Shown here piece after piece: positions 10,651-21,313 of a stretch of DNA of 64,000 nt. The translations under genes and the position numbers were made by a program. The number at the start of each line of letters is the position of its first letter. The stretch's first letter is position 1. This stretch comes from Promethearchaeota archaeon. GTDB taxonomy: Archaea > Asgardarchaeota > Lokiarchaeia > Sigyniarchaeales > SOKP01. The notes beneath the pieces were generated by a model. That model saw only the letters and a program-made list of their open reading frames with translations, searched no databases and was not told where the DNA came from. The stretch lies in NCBI GenBank assembly GCA_029838195.1, contig JALGVJ010000001.1:64001-128000 (forward strand). The letters are read 5' to 3'.

Positions 10651-11790
10651 ATGACGTTTAAACCTAAGATCTATTTCACTTCTAATGTATTTTCACCCGA
10701 GCAGATTGGCTCTAATGAAAAAATCAGCCCGGAAATTAGGAAAAAAATATCGTATTTATGGCAAGAGTTAAATGAAATTGCGGAACTCAAGGTTTTCGAT
10801 GGACGGTTTCCCACGAATGAACAATTGAAAAGCGAATTTAAAGAGTTTCGGCCAAATTTCATAGGTTGTCATTTAAGTCATCCGATCACGTTAGAAATGA
10901 TTAAAAATTTGGAACTTTACGCCATTTGCACTTCTACGGCAGGGTTTAACCATATAGAACGATCGAAGATAGATGATATTCTCCTTACCCATACGCCAGG
11001 AGTGTTACACAAAACGGTGGCAGATTACACCATAGCGGTGATCATGGCGAACTTAAGAAATTTAATAGATCTTCATCAATATGTATGGGATGGCCACTGG
11101 ACTCCTAGAGATAAATGGGATTTGGACCAAAGTTTATGCTCCACCATTGATAAAAAGATTGTAGGAATTGTAGGGTTAGGTGAGATTGGAAAGGAATTAG
11201 TAAAGAGATTATATCCTTGGGGCTTACGCATTCTTTATTATGATATTCAACAGCAGAAAGATTTTGAAAGAGAGTTTCCAAATATCGAGTTTAAAGAAAA
11301 TTTGGAAGATATCTTTAAACAAGCAGATATCGTGAGCATTCATGTTCCCTTGAACAAGCATACGGAGAAAATGGTGAACCGAAACCTTCTAATGCTCATG
11401 AAAAAGGATGCCCTTTTAGTAAATACTGCTCGAGGACCGATTGTTGATATGGAAGCGTTGTTAGATTTATTAGAAAAAAAAGAAATACAAGTAAATATCT
11501 CATTTGATGTTTTTCCAATTGAACCGATTGATGAAAATACCTTAATACGGCTGAAAAACATAAAAAAAGAGCGTCCAGAAATTCGAATGGTATTAATTCC
11601 TCATAATGCCTCAGCGGATGCCGACACAAGAGGAAAAATGGACGTTATTTTCTTAGAAGATTTAATCAATCTGGCAAGATCAAAAAAATTGGAAGATTTA
11701 GAACGAGTTCATCTCATTCCGCAACATCGAAGAGAGCTTAAAGAAAGAAAATGGAAAATAGAAGAATATTGGAAAAAATGCTCTCAATAA
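10651..11790 (+). CDS. D-2-hydroxyacid dehydrogenase (glyoxylate reductase-like)
   Basis: GIVGLGEIG, NTARG, DVFPIEP, PHNAS. Confidence 0.92.
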   Translation: MTFKPKIYFTSNVFSPEQIGSNEKISPEIRKKISYLWQELNEIAELKVFDGRFPTNEQLKSEFKEFRPNFIGCHLSHPITLEMIKNLELYAICTSTAGFNHIERSKIDDILLTHTPGVLHKTVADYTIAVIMANLRNLIDLHQYVWDGHWTPRDKWDLDQSLCSTIDKKIVGIVGLGEIGKELVKRLYPWGLRILYYDIQQQKDFEREFPNIEFKENLEDIFKQADIVSIHVPLNKHTEKMVNRNLLMLMKKDALLVNTARGPIVDMEALLDLLEKKEIQVNISFDVFPIEPIDENTLIRLKNIKKERPEIRMVLIPHNASADADTRGKMDVIFLEDLINLARSKKLEDLERVHLIPQHRRELKERKWKIEEYWKKCSQ

Positions 11791-11994
11791 ATAAGATTGA
11801 TCTTGCTAAGATTTTATTAATGATTATTAATCTCTTTATAATAACGAATTAAAGAACTTATTGGTATTCCTACAATGAAAATTTAAAAAAAAAAGTCAAG
11901 TATAATTTTTATTTAAATTGGATATTAATCAAAAGCCTAATTCTCCTTTTTATTATATAAAAATTCATTGCCAATAACTAAGTGTTAGAAAAAG

Positions 11995-12855
11995 CTATGT
12001 CCCATTTAACATGTTTTTAGGTAAAAGCGTGATTTGCTTACATTCTGAGCTAATGAAATGATTAAATAAATGCTCATATCCTAAAATTTGTTTATTGGTG
12101 CCGTTTTCAAGCCAGATTCCCGAGGTATATTCGGGGGCTTCTCTTACTTGATCCAAGGTGGTAAGTAAGAAATCATTATCCGTTATTAACAATCCGAATG
12201 GGATCACATTCACGCCCGCAATTGAATGAATAGAAATGTTTAATTTTAATAACTTTTTTATTTCTTCTTTCAAGGAATTCCTGTATTTTAATGCGATAAT
12301 GATTTGCAAATTATTATTGGAAAATTTTTTGTTCCATAAGTCCTTTAAAATCCAACTATTTCCCTCCACTTCCTCCATTAATAAATCAGGAGTAATGATA
12401 AAGTAGATTCTCTTCTTCGATTTTTTAATGAGTTCTCTCATTTTTTTTCTGATTTTCTCTTTCGAGGAAATACTCCATACTCTCGGCTCTTCTTTCTCAT
12501 TTTCAACGCTCAATTCTTTAATTGAACGTTCGATTTGGATGGTATATTCTATCTTCTGTTTATATTTTTCCCGAAGACTTTTAAAAATGCGCTCAATTGG
12601 GATAATTTTATAAGTGGCACCTCTTTTTACGGGCTCTTTTTGGATATAACCCTTATCCATTAAACGGTTTAAAGAATCATAAACGCGAGCCCGATCCACA
12701 TCAGAATATTTTGCAATATCTGCTGGGCTTAAAATTTTATACTTGCATAACGTTAACAGAACTTTAGCATCGTTCTTGGTAAATCCCAATTTCTTCAAAA
12801 AATGCTCAATTTCCTCCTCAGATAAAATAGTTTCTTGAACCAATGCTAAAAACAC
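11995..12855 (-). CDS. TrmB-family transcriptional regulator
   Basis: LGFTKNDAKV..DIAKYSDVDRARVYDSL wHTH plus effector domain. Confidence 0.9.
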   Translation of the reverse strand: MFLALVQETILSEEEIEHFLKKLGFTKNDAKVLLTLCKYKILSPADIAKYSDVDRARVYDSLNRLMDKGYIQKEPVKRGATYKIIPIERIFKSLREKYKQKIEYTIQIERSIKELSVENEKEEPRVWSISSKEKIRKKMRELIKKSKKRIYFIITPDLLMEEVEGNSWILKDLWNKKFSNNNLQIIIALKYRNSLKEEIKKLLKLNISIHSIAGVNVIPFGLLITDNDFLLTTLDQVREAPEYTSGIWLENGTNKQILGYEHLFNHFISSECKQITLLPKNMLNGT

Positions 12856-13987
12856 TCGATAATTAATTTATTTCATTTAAACTTTAAACCCAAACTTTTC
12901 CTTTTTATTCAAAATTGATCTTTTCCTGTTGTTCTATTAAAAGAGATTAAAATAAATGTTATTTTATAATTGTAATGAAGGATATTCTTAAAAAATCCAT
13001 ATAACTTTTCTTATTTAAATAAAAGATTTTTTAACAATAAATTTTTTGTTCATGAAAAATAAATAAAAAGTTCGAAATTCAACATTGAATTTATCTGCTC
13101 TCTCTCAAAATTATGTGAAAGATTTCCAACGGGCCAATTGATGAAAACATGAAAAAATTGGAGATATTTAATGTTTTCTCTGTATTTTACTCATAAACGC
13201 GTGCTCATGGAAGGAAGATGAAGATTCTATCACTTTCTTCTTTTTATAAACTTGGAATTAAGAGGAAATCAAAACTTATTTTTATTTCTCGAATTTGAAC
13301 CTCATGATAGAAAAAATAGGAATATCCTCAATGAATATTTATCTGATATATTAAAACGTTAAAACAACCACCTTTTTATTTTTTTTAAATTTAAAATATT
13401 GAGAATTTTTCAATTTAGAAGAAAAGAAACCACAAATATGATCATTATGAAATTAAAGATTTATTACATTTTCCCATGAAAAATACATCAGTTTCAATTC
13501 AGATTAAAAAAGATTAAAAAAAAACAAATTTAAAAGAATGAAAAACGATATTTTAATGATTGGAAAAAATACTTTTCAACATGTAAAATTTCGTATTACT
13601 CTTGAGAATATATTTTGACTCTTTAAAAAAAAATTAAAATTTTTTTTTTTCATGAAAAACATGCTGAAATATAAAATAACTAAAATAAATTGTTTTTTCA
13701 TGCTAAAAACTCATCTATATTTATTAGAACATTTATATAGAGTTAAATTATAATTCGATTATATTCTCAGTCTTGATGAAATAAAATATATTTTTTTATT
13801 TTGTCGGAAAAATTAAGATCCAATTATTATAACGATCTGAATATCGAAAGTTCCGATTTCTCATGTAAGATTGATATGGAAATGAAATCGAAACATAACA
13901 TTTAAATAAGAGTAATGTCCATTATTATATAAAAGTAATTGAATTAAAAATAATTTTTAAATTACAAAATTAGTGGAGGAATAAAAA

Positions 13988-14236
13988 ATGGCAAAAAAAA
14001 AACCAGCTAAAAAAGCGCCGGCTAAAAAAGCCGAAACCTATATTGCTAAAGCCCCTATTCGGCGATTAATGAAAAAAGAAGGTGCGGATTTAGTAGCTGC
14101 AGAAGCACTTGATAAATTAATTAACTTTTTAGAATCAAAAGCAGCTGACGTCACGAAAGAAGCAATAAAAATCTGTAAAGCAGATAAGCGAAAAAGGGTC
14201 ACGGCTACTGATATTCGAAAGGCTGCTCAAGCATGA
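13988..14236 (+). CDS. Archaeal histone with Lys-rich N-terminal tail
   Basis: Histone fold IAKAPIRRLMKKEGA..RKRVTATDI; tail MAKKKPAKKAPAKKAE; SD GGAGG. Confidence 0.95.
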   Translation: MAKKKPAKKAPAKKAETYIAKAPIRRLMKKEGADLVAAEALDKLINFLESKAADVTKEAIKICKADKRKRVTATDIRKAAQA

Positions 14237-14391
14237 ACATTAGGAAGTAATAATTAATTCTCTTTTTTTTCTGATTTCTATTCTCCTTGTTTTTCGAGAT
14301 TTTTGAATTTCTTCTTAAAGTAATATATTTTCTTCTTTTTAAGTGCATGATTTTTAGTAAAAAAAAGTTTGAAGCCAGAATAACCCGGATA

Positions 14392-14925
14392 TTAAAAATT
14401 AGTGAAGAATTCGGGTGTTAAATAGTCATGTATTTTACTTTCTACTTTTTTCTTAACATTTTCTAATCCTTCAGGTACAACCCTAGCTTTTCCAATAATA
14501 TCAATATACCCTAATTCACTTTTATAGCGAGGCACGAAATGAAAATGTAGATGATCAATACTAGCGCCGGCACATTTTCCTTGGTTCATGCCAAGATTAT
14601 ACCCTTGAGGGCTGTACAAATCATTCAATAATAATTGTAATCCTTGTACTGCCCGAAAGCAATGATGTATTTCTTCTCTTGTAAGATCAAGAAATTTAGT
14701 AACATGGCGCGCGGGAATTACCATCATGTGGGCAGGATTATAGGGATAGAGGTTTAATACAATAAAAATTAGCTTATCTTGGTATACCTTTAAGGATTTT
14801 ACTCGGTCATCATCATCTCTTATAGCGCATAAGATACAGGCCACCTTTGGTCGTGCTTTTCCTTGGACATATTCCAGCTTACCTATTGCTCGCAACCACT
14901 TTTGAAACATGAGACGGTAAGGCAT
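14392..14925 (-). CDS. HIT-family nucleotide hydrolase/phosphorylase
   Basis: CILC, NLYPYNPAH, HLHFH triad. Confidence 0.92.
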   Translation of the reverse strand: MPYRLMFQKWLRAIGKLEYVQGKARPKVACILCAIRDDDDRVKSLKVYQDKLIFIVLNLYPYNPAHMMVIPARHVTKFLDLTREEIHHCFRAVQGLQLLLNDLYSPQGYNLGMNQGKCAGASIDHLHFHFVPRYKSELGYIDIIGKARVVPEGLENVKKKVESKIHDYLTPEFFTNF

Positions 14926-14940
14926 TAATGTTAATTTAAG

Positions 14941-15486
14941 TTAAATATATAAGGAATAATCTAAACTGGAAGAAAAACCTTTAGCTTTTTTAATCTCTTG
15001 CTGATTTTCAGAGCTTAAAAACATCTCGGTAAACAAGACATTACTGAAAATATAACAATTATAGATTTTTTTAATACATTTATGAAGCTTAATTTTTAAT
15101 GTATTTAGATCGCTTGCGTGCCAATACAATTTTTCGTTGATTTCATACCTCATCTCTTTAGGGGAAATGGCATAAAAGACATCTTTTAAAAGAAAATATT
15201 TTCGTAATTCCAAAAAATACAACATTTTTGCTTCCTCGCTAATCGAGTTAAGAAAGATAACATGTTCCTTAGAAAATTGAACAGCAAAACTCATGATGAG
15301 ATAATCTTTTCCTGTAGGCTTATAAATTACAAAAGTTTTTTCTTTGATACGGTCTTCCGTGTTTATTTTGGGCGGATATTTGAAATTAATTATAAAATCT
15401 AATTCGGGTTCTTTTTTAATCTCATGGTTCAAGTTTTCTTCGTTTAGAAACCTAATAATACATTCTTTAATATCAATATTTTCCAA
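14941..15486 (-). CDS. Uncharacterised archaeal protein (DUF2299-like)
   Basis: Open 181-aa frame; IRFLNEENL..DFIINFKYP pattern. Confidence 0.5.
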   Translation of the reverse strand: MENIDIKECIIRFLNEENLNHEIKKEPELDFIINFKYPPKINTEDRIKEKTFVIYKPTGKDYLIMSFAVQFSKEHVIFLNSISEEAKMLYFLELRKYFLLKDVFYAISPKEMRYEINEKLYWHASDLNTLKIKLHKCIKKIYNCYIFSNVLFTEMFLSSENQQEIKKAKGFSSSLDYSLYI

Positions 15487-15788
15487 TCAATACCACTTGC
15501 CTTTATTATTATTAAATTCACTATAGACCCTTTCCGATCAAAAAAGAAAGAATGCTATTAAATGCTTGGTTTACCTTGGTATTCAATTTTGTCCTTTTTC
15601 CCATTAAACTAACTTCATCCAGATATAGCATTAAAATTAAGAAAAAAATGAGGATTATTTAGGGAAAATTTTTCATTGGGGTAAATGGTCTTATCTCGCT
15701 TCGGAATTCATGTATTAATATTAAATTTCTCCGTATTCCTTTATTGAAACGCCGAGATAATTAAAATAAGAAGGGAAATCCTTATTTA

Positions 15789-16061
15789 TTATTGTTCCCC
15801 GTGGGCCTCATTATCAATAATTACCTCATCGACACTATGAAGCGCACAATTATTCTCCTCTAATGTTTTTTTAATTTCATCAAGAGATATATCCCCTGTG
15901 CCTTTAATCGTAATATAGACGGAAGTGGTAACATTATCAATCTCATCGACTTTTATATGAACATACTTGACGCCGTTAAGTTTTTCTAAAGTTCGTGCAA
16001 GTAAATCATTATTTGGGTCATGAGGTTTGAGAACATCCAAAGCGTAAGTAATTCTTGTCAT
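15789..16061 (-). CDS. DUF211 family protein
   Basis: LDVLKPHDP..HSVDEV signature. Confidence 0.85.
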   Translation of the reverse strand: MTRITYALDVLKPHDPNNDLLARTLEKLNGVKYVHIKVDEIDNVTTSVYITIKGTGDISLDEIKKTLEENNCALHSVDEVIIDNEAHGEQ

Positions 16062-16192
16062 CCTTTTTATACTATCTCCTCAATTTTCAATTTTTTTGGA
16101 TTTAATTTCTCATTATTTTATATTTTTCGTCATGCTGTAATAATGATACTATTATTTTTAGTATTTTTCTATATAAATTTTTTTCGTCAATA

Positions 16193-16885
16193 TTAAAGTA
16201 GGGATTTTATAGCTTCTATTAATTTTGAAGGGAGCTTCGTTTCTTGAATTATGAAATCAGCTTTATCTATCATGTCTTTGCTCCAATTTTTAGAAATCTT
16301 GGTGAGAATGAGGATGGAATGAGCACCCAATTCTAATGCTCCTTGAATATCTCGATCGGAATCTCCAATTACCACGACTTCTTGAGGAGAAACCCCAAGT
16401 CTTTCACAAATTAGGTTTAGATGATCGGGATGGGGTTTAGGATTATTAACATTATCGCGACCAATTATTAAATCAAAAAAATCAATAATATTGGCTATTT
16501 GTAAAGATAGTTCCGCATTTTTTTGCGTATTATACGTATAAATTGCTTGCCTTAAATGATGGGCTTTAGCAAATTTCAAAACTTCTTGCATTCCATCAAT
16601 GACTTTTGCTTGAAGCGCAGCTTCACGTTCTACCTCTTGAACGGCCTCATCTACTTCTTTAAGAATTTTAGAAACTTCTTCGGGCTCTCTTTTAGTTTTT
16701 TCAAAAAAGAGTCTTGCCTCCCTAATATTATCTAAGATACTGAATTTCACTGTAAGAATCTCTCGTGGAACACCACTTTTTTTCAAGAGTTCAATTGCAT
16801 TACGTCGAGCCCGTAAAAAATCGATTTTAAAATGGATTAATGTACCGTCAAGATCCCATACGATAGCTTTTATCGGTTTTTTCAT
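16193..16885 (-). CDS. HAD-family phosphatase
   Basis: WDLDGTL, KPHP, IGDSDRD. Confidence 0.92.
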   Translation of the reverse strand: MKKPIKAIVWDLDGTLIHFKIDFLRARRNAIELLKKSGVPREILTVKFSILDNIREARLFFEKTKREPEEVSKILKEVDEAVQEVEREAALQAKVIDGMQEVLKFAKAHHLRQAIYTYNTQKNAELSLQIANIIDFFDLIIGRDNVNNPKPHPDHLNLICERLGVSPQEVVVIGDSDRDIQGALELGAHSILILTKISKNWSKDMIDKADFIIQETKLPSKLIEAIKSLL

Positions 16886-16886
16886 T

Positions 16887-17459
16887 TTAAAATACCAATG
16901 TACTATAAATTGGCCCTTTTGGTGTTAGAACTGACTTCTTTAATTTTATTGTATCTACGTGGAAGTGTCCAAATTCCTTTTCCTTGTTTTCAGAAATAAT
17001 CATCTTAAATTTTTCAAATGTTCCATGGTTTACTTTCTTTCTATTTAACCGTCCAATTGTTAAATGAGGATTAAATTCGCCTCTTTTATCTTTTTCAAGA
17101 TTAAATTTTCTTTTTAATAAATCCTCAACACGAGTTTTTATTGATTGTAAAAAGGAAATATCTCCGATGAGTTTAACCCAAATAACAGAATAATTTCTAA
17201 ATTGTCCCGTACCTTTGAGATAATATTCACGCGTTATTCCTTGAAAGATTTTTTCATTTATTTCTTCCTTTAATACGTTATATATCTTGGGGGCTAAGGA
17301 ATCTGGTATGTTTCCTAAAAATTTAATAGTCATGTGTAAATTTTCTGGTTCCACTAATTTGATACCTGGTTGAATATTCTTTAAAATTTTACCAAACTCC
17401 TGGATATTCTTTCTTGTTTCTTCTTCCTCCAAATCAATGGCTATAAAGGATCGAATCAT
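16887..17459 (-). CDS. thpR: RNA 2',3'-cyclic phosphodiesterase (2H family)
   Basis: RSFIAI, HMT and HLT motifs, SVLTPKGPIY. Confidence 0.92.
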   Translation of the reverse strand: MIRSFIAIDLEEEETRKNIQEFGKILKNIQPGIKLVEPENLHMTIKFLGNIPDSLAPKIYNVLKEEINEKIFQGITREYYLKGTGQFRNYSVIWVKLIGDISFLQSIKTRVEDLLKRKFNLEKDKRGEFNPHLTIGRLNRKKVNHGTFEKFKMIISENKEKEFGHFHVDTIKLKKSVLTPKGPIYSTLVF

Positions 17460-17936
17460 GGGATATACCTTTCAAGCATTCTCTTATATTTATATAAGTT
17501 CTCTAATATTTCAATTTTTTGAGTTTTTTATGGCCATGTCCCGGGCATATTCAATATTCCTTATATTTCTGGAGAAATAAGGTTATAGGGAATAAATGAC
17601 TCTTGGGAATGGTATTCTCCTTAATTTAACAATATTTCATCTTTCTCTGAGATTTTCGATAATTTTTGGAGCGAAAATGAAATGCTCATGCTTTTCTCCT
17701 TCATTGTTAAATCTCATGAAAAATTAAATTAAAATTTTATAAAATATTCATTTCTTAATCAAACGGAAAAAAAAGATTCACATTAAAAAATGGGCTTCAA
17801 TACCTCATATTTGCTCTTAAATTAATTACATGAGTAAAAATATTAGAATCTAATCAAAGAAAAATTACATAAATTTATATAGTAATTTTATTTTATATCA
17901 ATCAATCGGGCAGTCTAATTTATTTTTTTCATTCAT

Positions 17937-18842
17937 TTGGTGGGCTTAAAATTGCCAATATTAGAAAGTGATGCTAATAAAGAGGTATTAGTAATTTGCC
18001 CTAAATGTAAAAAACAAGCACGCATTCCCATTCCTCAAAATATTTTTAAGGAAGTAAATAAAACTCTCGCTACCGTTAGAATAGAAAAAAACGTTACGTG
18101 TGAACATGAGTTTATAATTTATATCGATAGAAATTTCGTGAGTAGGGGTGAAATGGCTTCAGATTACATTATCTCTCCTGTCATTTCAACGGAAAGAATT
18201 GAACTAAAAAAAGATCTGATGAGTGAATTTGATATTACAATCATCAAGGTTAATTTATATCCCTTAGCCTTATGCTATACCCTCCGTGGATTATTATTTG
18301 GAAGCCAAGTTCTTATTATAATTGAGGATGAAAATGAATTTTTACGCCAACATTATAATGCCTTCATTTCTTACATTTTCTCCAATTCATTCGATATAAG
18401 CCAAAAATTTGCCGTGGAAACCGTGAAGAATTATGAATCAAATAAAAAGAAATATAAAGAATATCTTATCATAAAAAATGTTGATATCCTTCAGGATAAG
18501 AAAAAATTCATTAAATCTCATGACTTAGGCGTTGAAAGAGGAATGGCAAATATTTTTTATGAAAATACTTCTCCCCTTGAAAGCGTTTTACTCCTCAACA
18601 ATGAAGTTCAAAAAGTTGCTTTATTAACAAATTCTCTATTAAAATTATTTAATAACGGAAATCAATTAAAAAACCTCAACATGAGCATGATTATAGATTA
18701 TTTAGAAAAAACTCATGAAACAAAAGTTAACATCAAATATTGCGAATTTTTACTTCAAATTATAAAATATCGATATCAGAAATCCATTCCCAATCTTTAT
18801 AGGGGAATGGAATTTAGTAAATTTTATAAATTAAGTAAATGA
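17937..18842 (+). CDS. Zn-ribbon protein with a possibly DENN-like C-terminal region
   Basis: CPKC..CEH N-terminal motif; DENN resemblance is by eye only. Confidence 0.55.
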   Translation: MVGLKLPILESDANKEVLVICPKCKKQARIPIPQNIFKEVNKTLATVRIEKNVTCEHEFIIYIDRNFVSRGEMASDYIISPVISTERIELKKDLMSEFDITIIKVNLYPLALCYTLRGLLFGSQVLIIIEDENEFLRQHYNAFISYIFSNSFDISQKFAVETVKNYESNKKKYKEYLIIKNVDILQDKKKFIKSHDLGVERGMANIFYENTSPLESVLLLNNEVQKVALLTNSLLKLFNNGNQLKNLNMSMIIDYLEKTHETKVNIKYCEFLLQIIKYRYQKSIPNLYRGMEFSKFYKLSK

Positions 18843-18843
18843 G

Positions 18844-19590
18844 GTGGAAAATGACTTGGAGGAAATTATTTATCATGGTTTAGGATTTATCATAATCATA
18901 TTACTATTAATTATTGCGTATAAATTTTTAAGTAATTATAGAATCACGAAACAAAAAGAAATTATCGCGGGACTTCTCATGTTCCTTTTTTTCCTTGCAG
19001 GATTATTTTTCCATAATTCTATTTTTTTATTAAATGTTATTTTCAATTATTATCCAACTATTTCTGATGAACTTTATTATTTTTTTAATTTTGGATTCAT
19101 TCCGGTCGTGTTTCTCTCTTGGTTTTATTGTTTTATGAATATAATATATCCCGAATCAAATAAATTAAAATATACCTTTTACGTTTTAATTATTTTGAGT
19201 ATCATTTATGAAATCTTTTTCGTGGTTTATTTATTTTTTGGAGCGGAATTAGGAGTGCTAATAAATGACCCAAATCATCCCTTTATTATCATGTATCGTT
19301 TTCCCGCTCAATTTATTAGTCTACTTTTAGCAATTATATTAGTGGTAAAATCTATATTGTCTAGAGATCTTGTATTACAACTTAGAGGTATATTTTTAGC
19401 TGTTGTTTTTATTTTTATGGGAATTGGGTTAATTCTTGATACGGGAATATTCGTCAATACCATCCAACAACTAATCGGAAGAATACTTATTATCATTGGA
19501 GCTTATTTTATATATTATGGTTTTTTCCTCACGGAAGATCACAAACTCTTTCAATTCATTTGCCGAGTTTTCTCTATTTCCATGGAATAA
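18844..19590 (+). CDS. Stand-alone 7-TM membrane protein
   Basis: Seven hydrophobic segments, no cytoplasmic output domain; 1 nt after upstream stop. Confidence 0.75.
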   Translation: MENDLEEIIYHGLGFIIIILLLIIAYKFLSNYRITKQKEIIAGLLMFLFFLAGLFFHNSIFLLNVIFNYYPTISDELYYFFNFGFIPVVFLSWFYCFMNIIYPESNKLKYTFYVLIILSIIYEIFFVVYLFFGAELGVLINDPNHPFIIMYRFPAQFISLLLAIILVVKSILSRDLVLQLRGIFLAVVFIFMGIGLILDTGIFVNTIQQLIGRILIIIGAYFIYYGFFLTEDHKLFQFICRVFSISME

Positions 19591-19911
19591 TTTATAGCCC
19601 TAATATATAAAAAATCCCCGCTCCAATGCCATTCGGGGGGAAATTAGAAAATTTTTTAATGTGTCAATACTACGATTAAACTGATTAGGCGCTATTTTCA
19701 TATTTTAATAATCGGTATAATAGCTGAGTAATTTCATTATAAGATTAGTAATTTTAACTATTTAACAAGGTTTTATAAAAATAATGATGGTTGAAAAAAT
19801 AAAGTTTATAAATTTTTTAATTTATTCAAAATTGATTACTTATTTTTTGAAGGAGAATAAATATTCAAAATTATAATATCTATATGTCTTAAATCTAGGA
19901 GGAAATTACCT

Positions 19912-20481
19912 ATGAGCTTAATTGGAAAGGTAATAATCATTGGAGACGCGGAAGTGGGTAAAAGTAGTCTGCTTTCCAGATATATTGATGGTACTTTTCC
20001 AGACAGATATGATCAAACTGTAGGAGCAAATTTTCTCATTAAAGAAATTGATTTAACTAAAAGGTTAGAAAAAGTTGAAGGTATACCCGATAATTTGAAA
20101 CAAAAAATACTCGAAAAAGGGTTTAAATTATATTTCTGGGATATTGGAGGCCAAAAATCCGTGCTTCCCGTTGTTGAATATTATTTCATACAAGCAGTAG
20201 GTGCTTTAGTGGTATTTAGCCTAGTAAATAAAGAAACTTTTGAGCATGTAGATTTTTGGGTCTCCAAAATGAAAGAGTTTAATGGAGATATTCCATTCAT
20301 CTTAATAGGGAATAAAGCAGATCTTTCTGATCAAAAACTAATTGCTAAATCAGAAATAGAAAAAAAAGCAAAAGAATTGGGCGTAGAATATTTTGAAACT
20401 TCCGCAAAATTGAATCTAAACGTGGATGATGCATTTTTAGAATTAGCCCTTCAAATCTTAAAGCATGCTTTTAGAGGTTAG
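19912..20481 (+). CDS. Rab-like small GTPase
   Basis: GDAEVGKS, TVGANF, WDIGGQ, NKAD, ETSAK; SD AGGAGG 19897-19902. Confidence 0.95.
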   Translation: MSLIGKVIIIGDAEVGKSSLLSRYIDGTFPDRYDQTVGANFLIKEIDLTKRLEKVEGIPDNLKQKILEKGFKLYFWDIGGQKSVLPVVEYYFIQAVGALVVFSLVNKETFEHVDFWVSKMKEFNGDIPFILIGNKADLSDQKLIAKSEIEKKAKELGVEYFETSAKLNLNVDDAFLELALQILKHAFRG

Positions 20482-20582
20482 ATATCAGTCATTTAATAAT
20501 GCATCATCTTCATGACAATTATTTTGAAATCTTTTTAATGATTCATTATATAATAATAAAATTTTAAAGTTCAATTCTAATA

Positions 20583-21308
20583 ATGAGTTACCTATTAATA
20601 CCCATTGCTCCACTATCCCGAACGAAATCACGCTTAAGAGGATGTTTTTCAAAAGAAACATTAAAAGAATTAACTCTAGCCATGTTTATTGATTTGGCTA
20701 CCACCTTACAAGATGTGGGGTGCTTCAAGGAAAAAATAGTATATTGCAATAGTTCCGAGATTTTAGATCTAGCAGAATCTCATGGTTTCATGGCGATAAA
20801 AGAAGAATTGGACTCATCCCCTAAAGTTTTCGATGATACCATCAATCAGTTAAATGATATTGCATTACAAGAAAATGCTAAAAGCACAGTCGTTATTTTT
20901 TTAGACGTGATTTTAATAACTTCTAAAAATTTTTACGAGATTAATTCTCTCTTATCCAAAAATCAATTAGTAATATGCCCGGCAATCCATTCTGCGGGGA
21001 TATCTATTTTGGGAAGAAAACCTCCCGATGTAGTTCCTACTTGTTTTTCCGATCCCCTTAAACCTTCCTTTATTGCCCAAATAAATAAAGCTCGAGAAAT
21101 GGGCTTGTCAAAAATCGCAATATATGACTCATTTCGGGCAGGATTTGATATAGATATTAAACAAGATTTAGTTTTAGCCTACGAGTATTTAAAATTGTTT
21201 AATCTTACTCACACGAGAACTTATAAATTGTTAGAAAAATTTAAGTTCTCCCTTCAAAAAGCGAATAGCAAGGACAATAGAAAATTTTTTATCATTGAAA
21301 AGAAATGA
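20583..21308 (+). CDS. cofC: 2-phospho-L-lactate/PEP guanylyltransferase (F420 biosynthesis)
   Basis: LIPI..TKSRL..LAMFID, DID..QDL. Confidence 0.8.
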   Translation: MSYLLIPIAPLSRTKSRLRGCFSKETLKELTLAMFIDLATTLQDVGCFKEKIVYCNSSEILDLAESHGFMAIKEELDSSPKVFDDTINQLNDIALQENAKSTVVIFLDVILITSKNFYEINSLLSKNQLVICPAIHSAGISILGRKPPDVVPTCFSDPLKPSFIAQINKAREMGLSKIAIYDSFRAGFDIDIKQDLVLAYEYLKLFNLTHTRTYKLLEKFKFSLQKANSKDNRKFFIIEKK

Positions 21309-21313
21309 CTTCT

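Noticed and set aside
10360-10653. Kozak-like C at -1 of start codons as a translation signal
   Set aside because: Better explained by the general CATG excess also seen in non-start positions
12856-13987. Replication origin
   Set aside because: No ORB/G-string repeats and no orc1/cdc6 nearby
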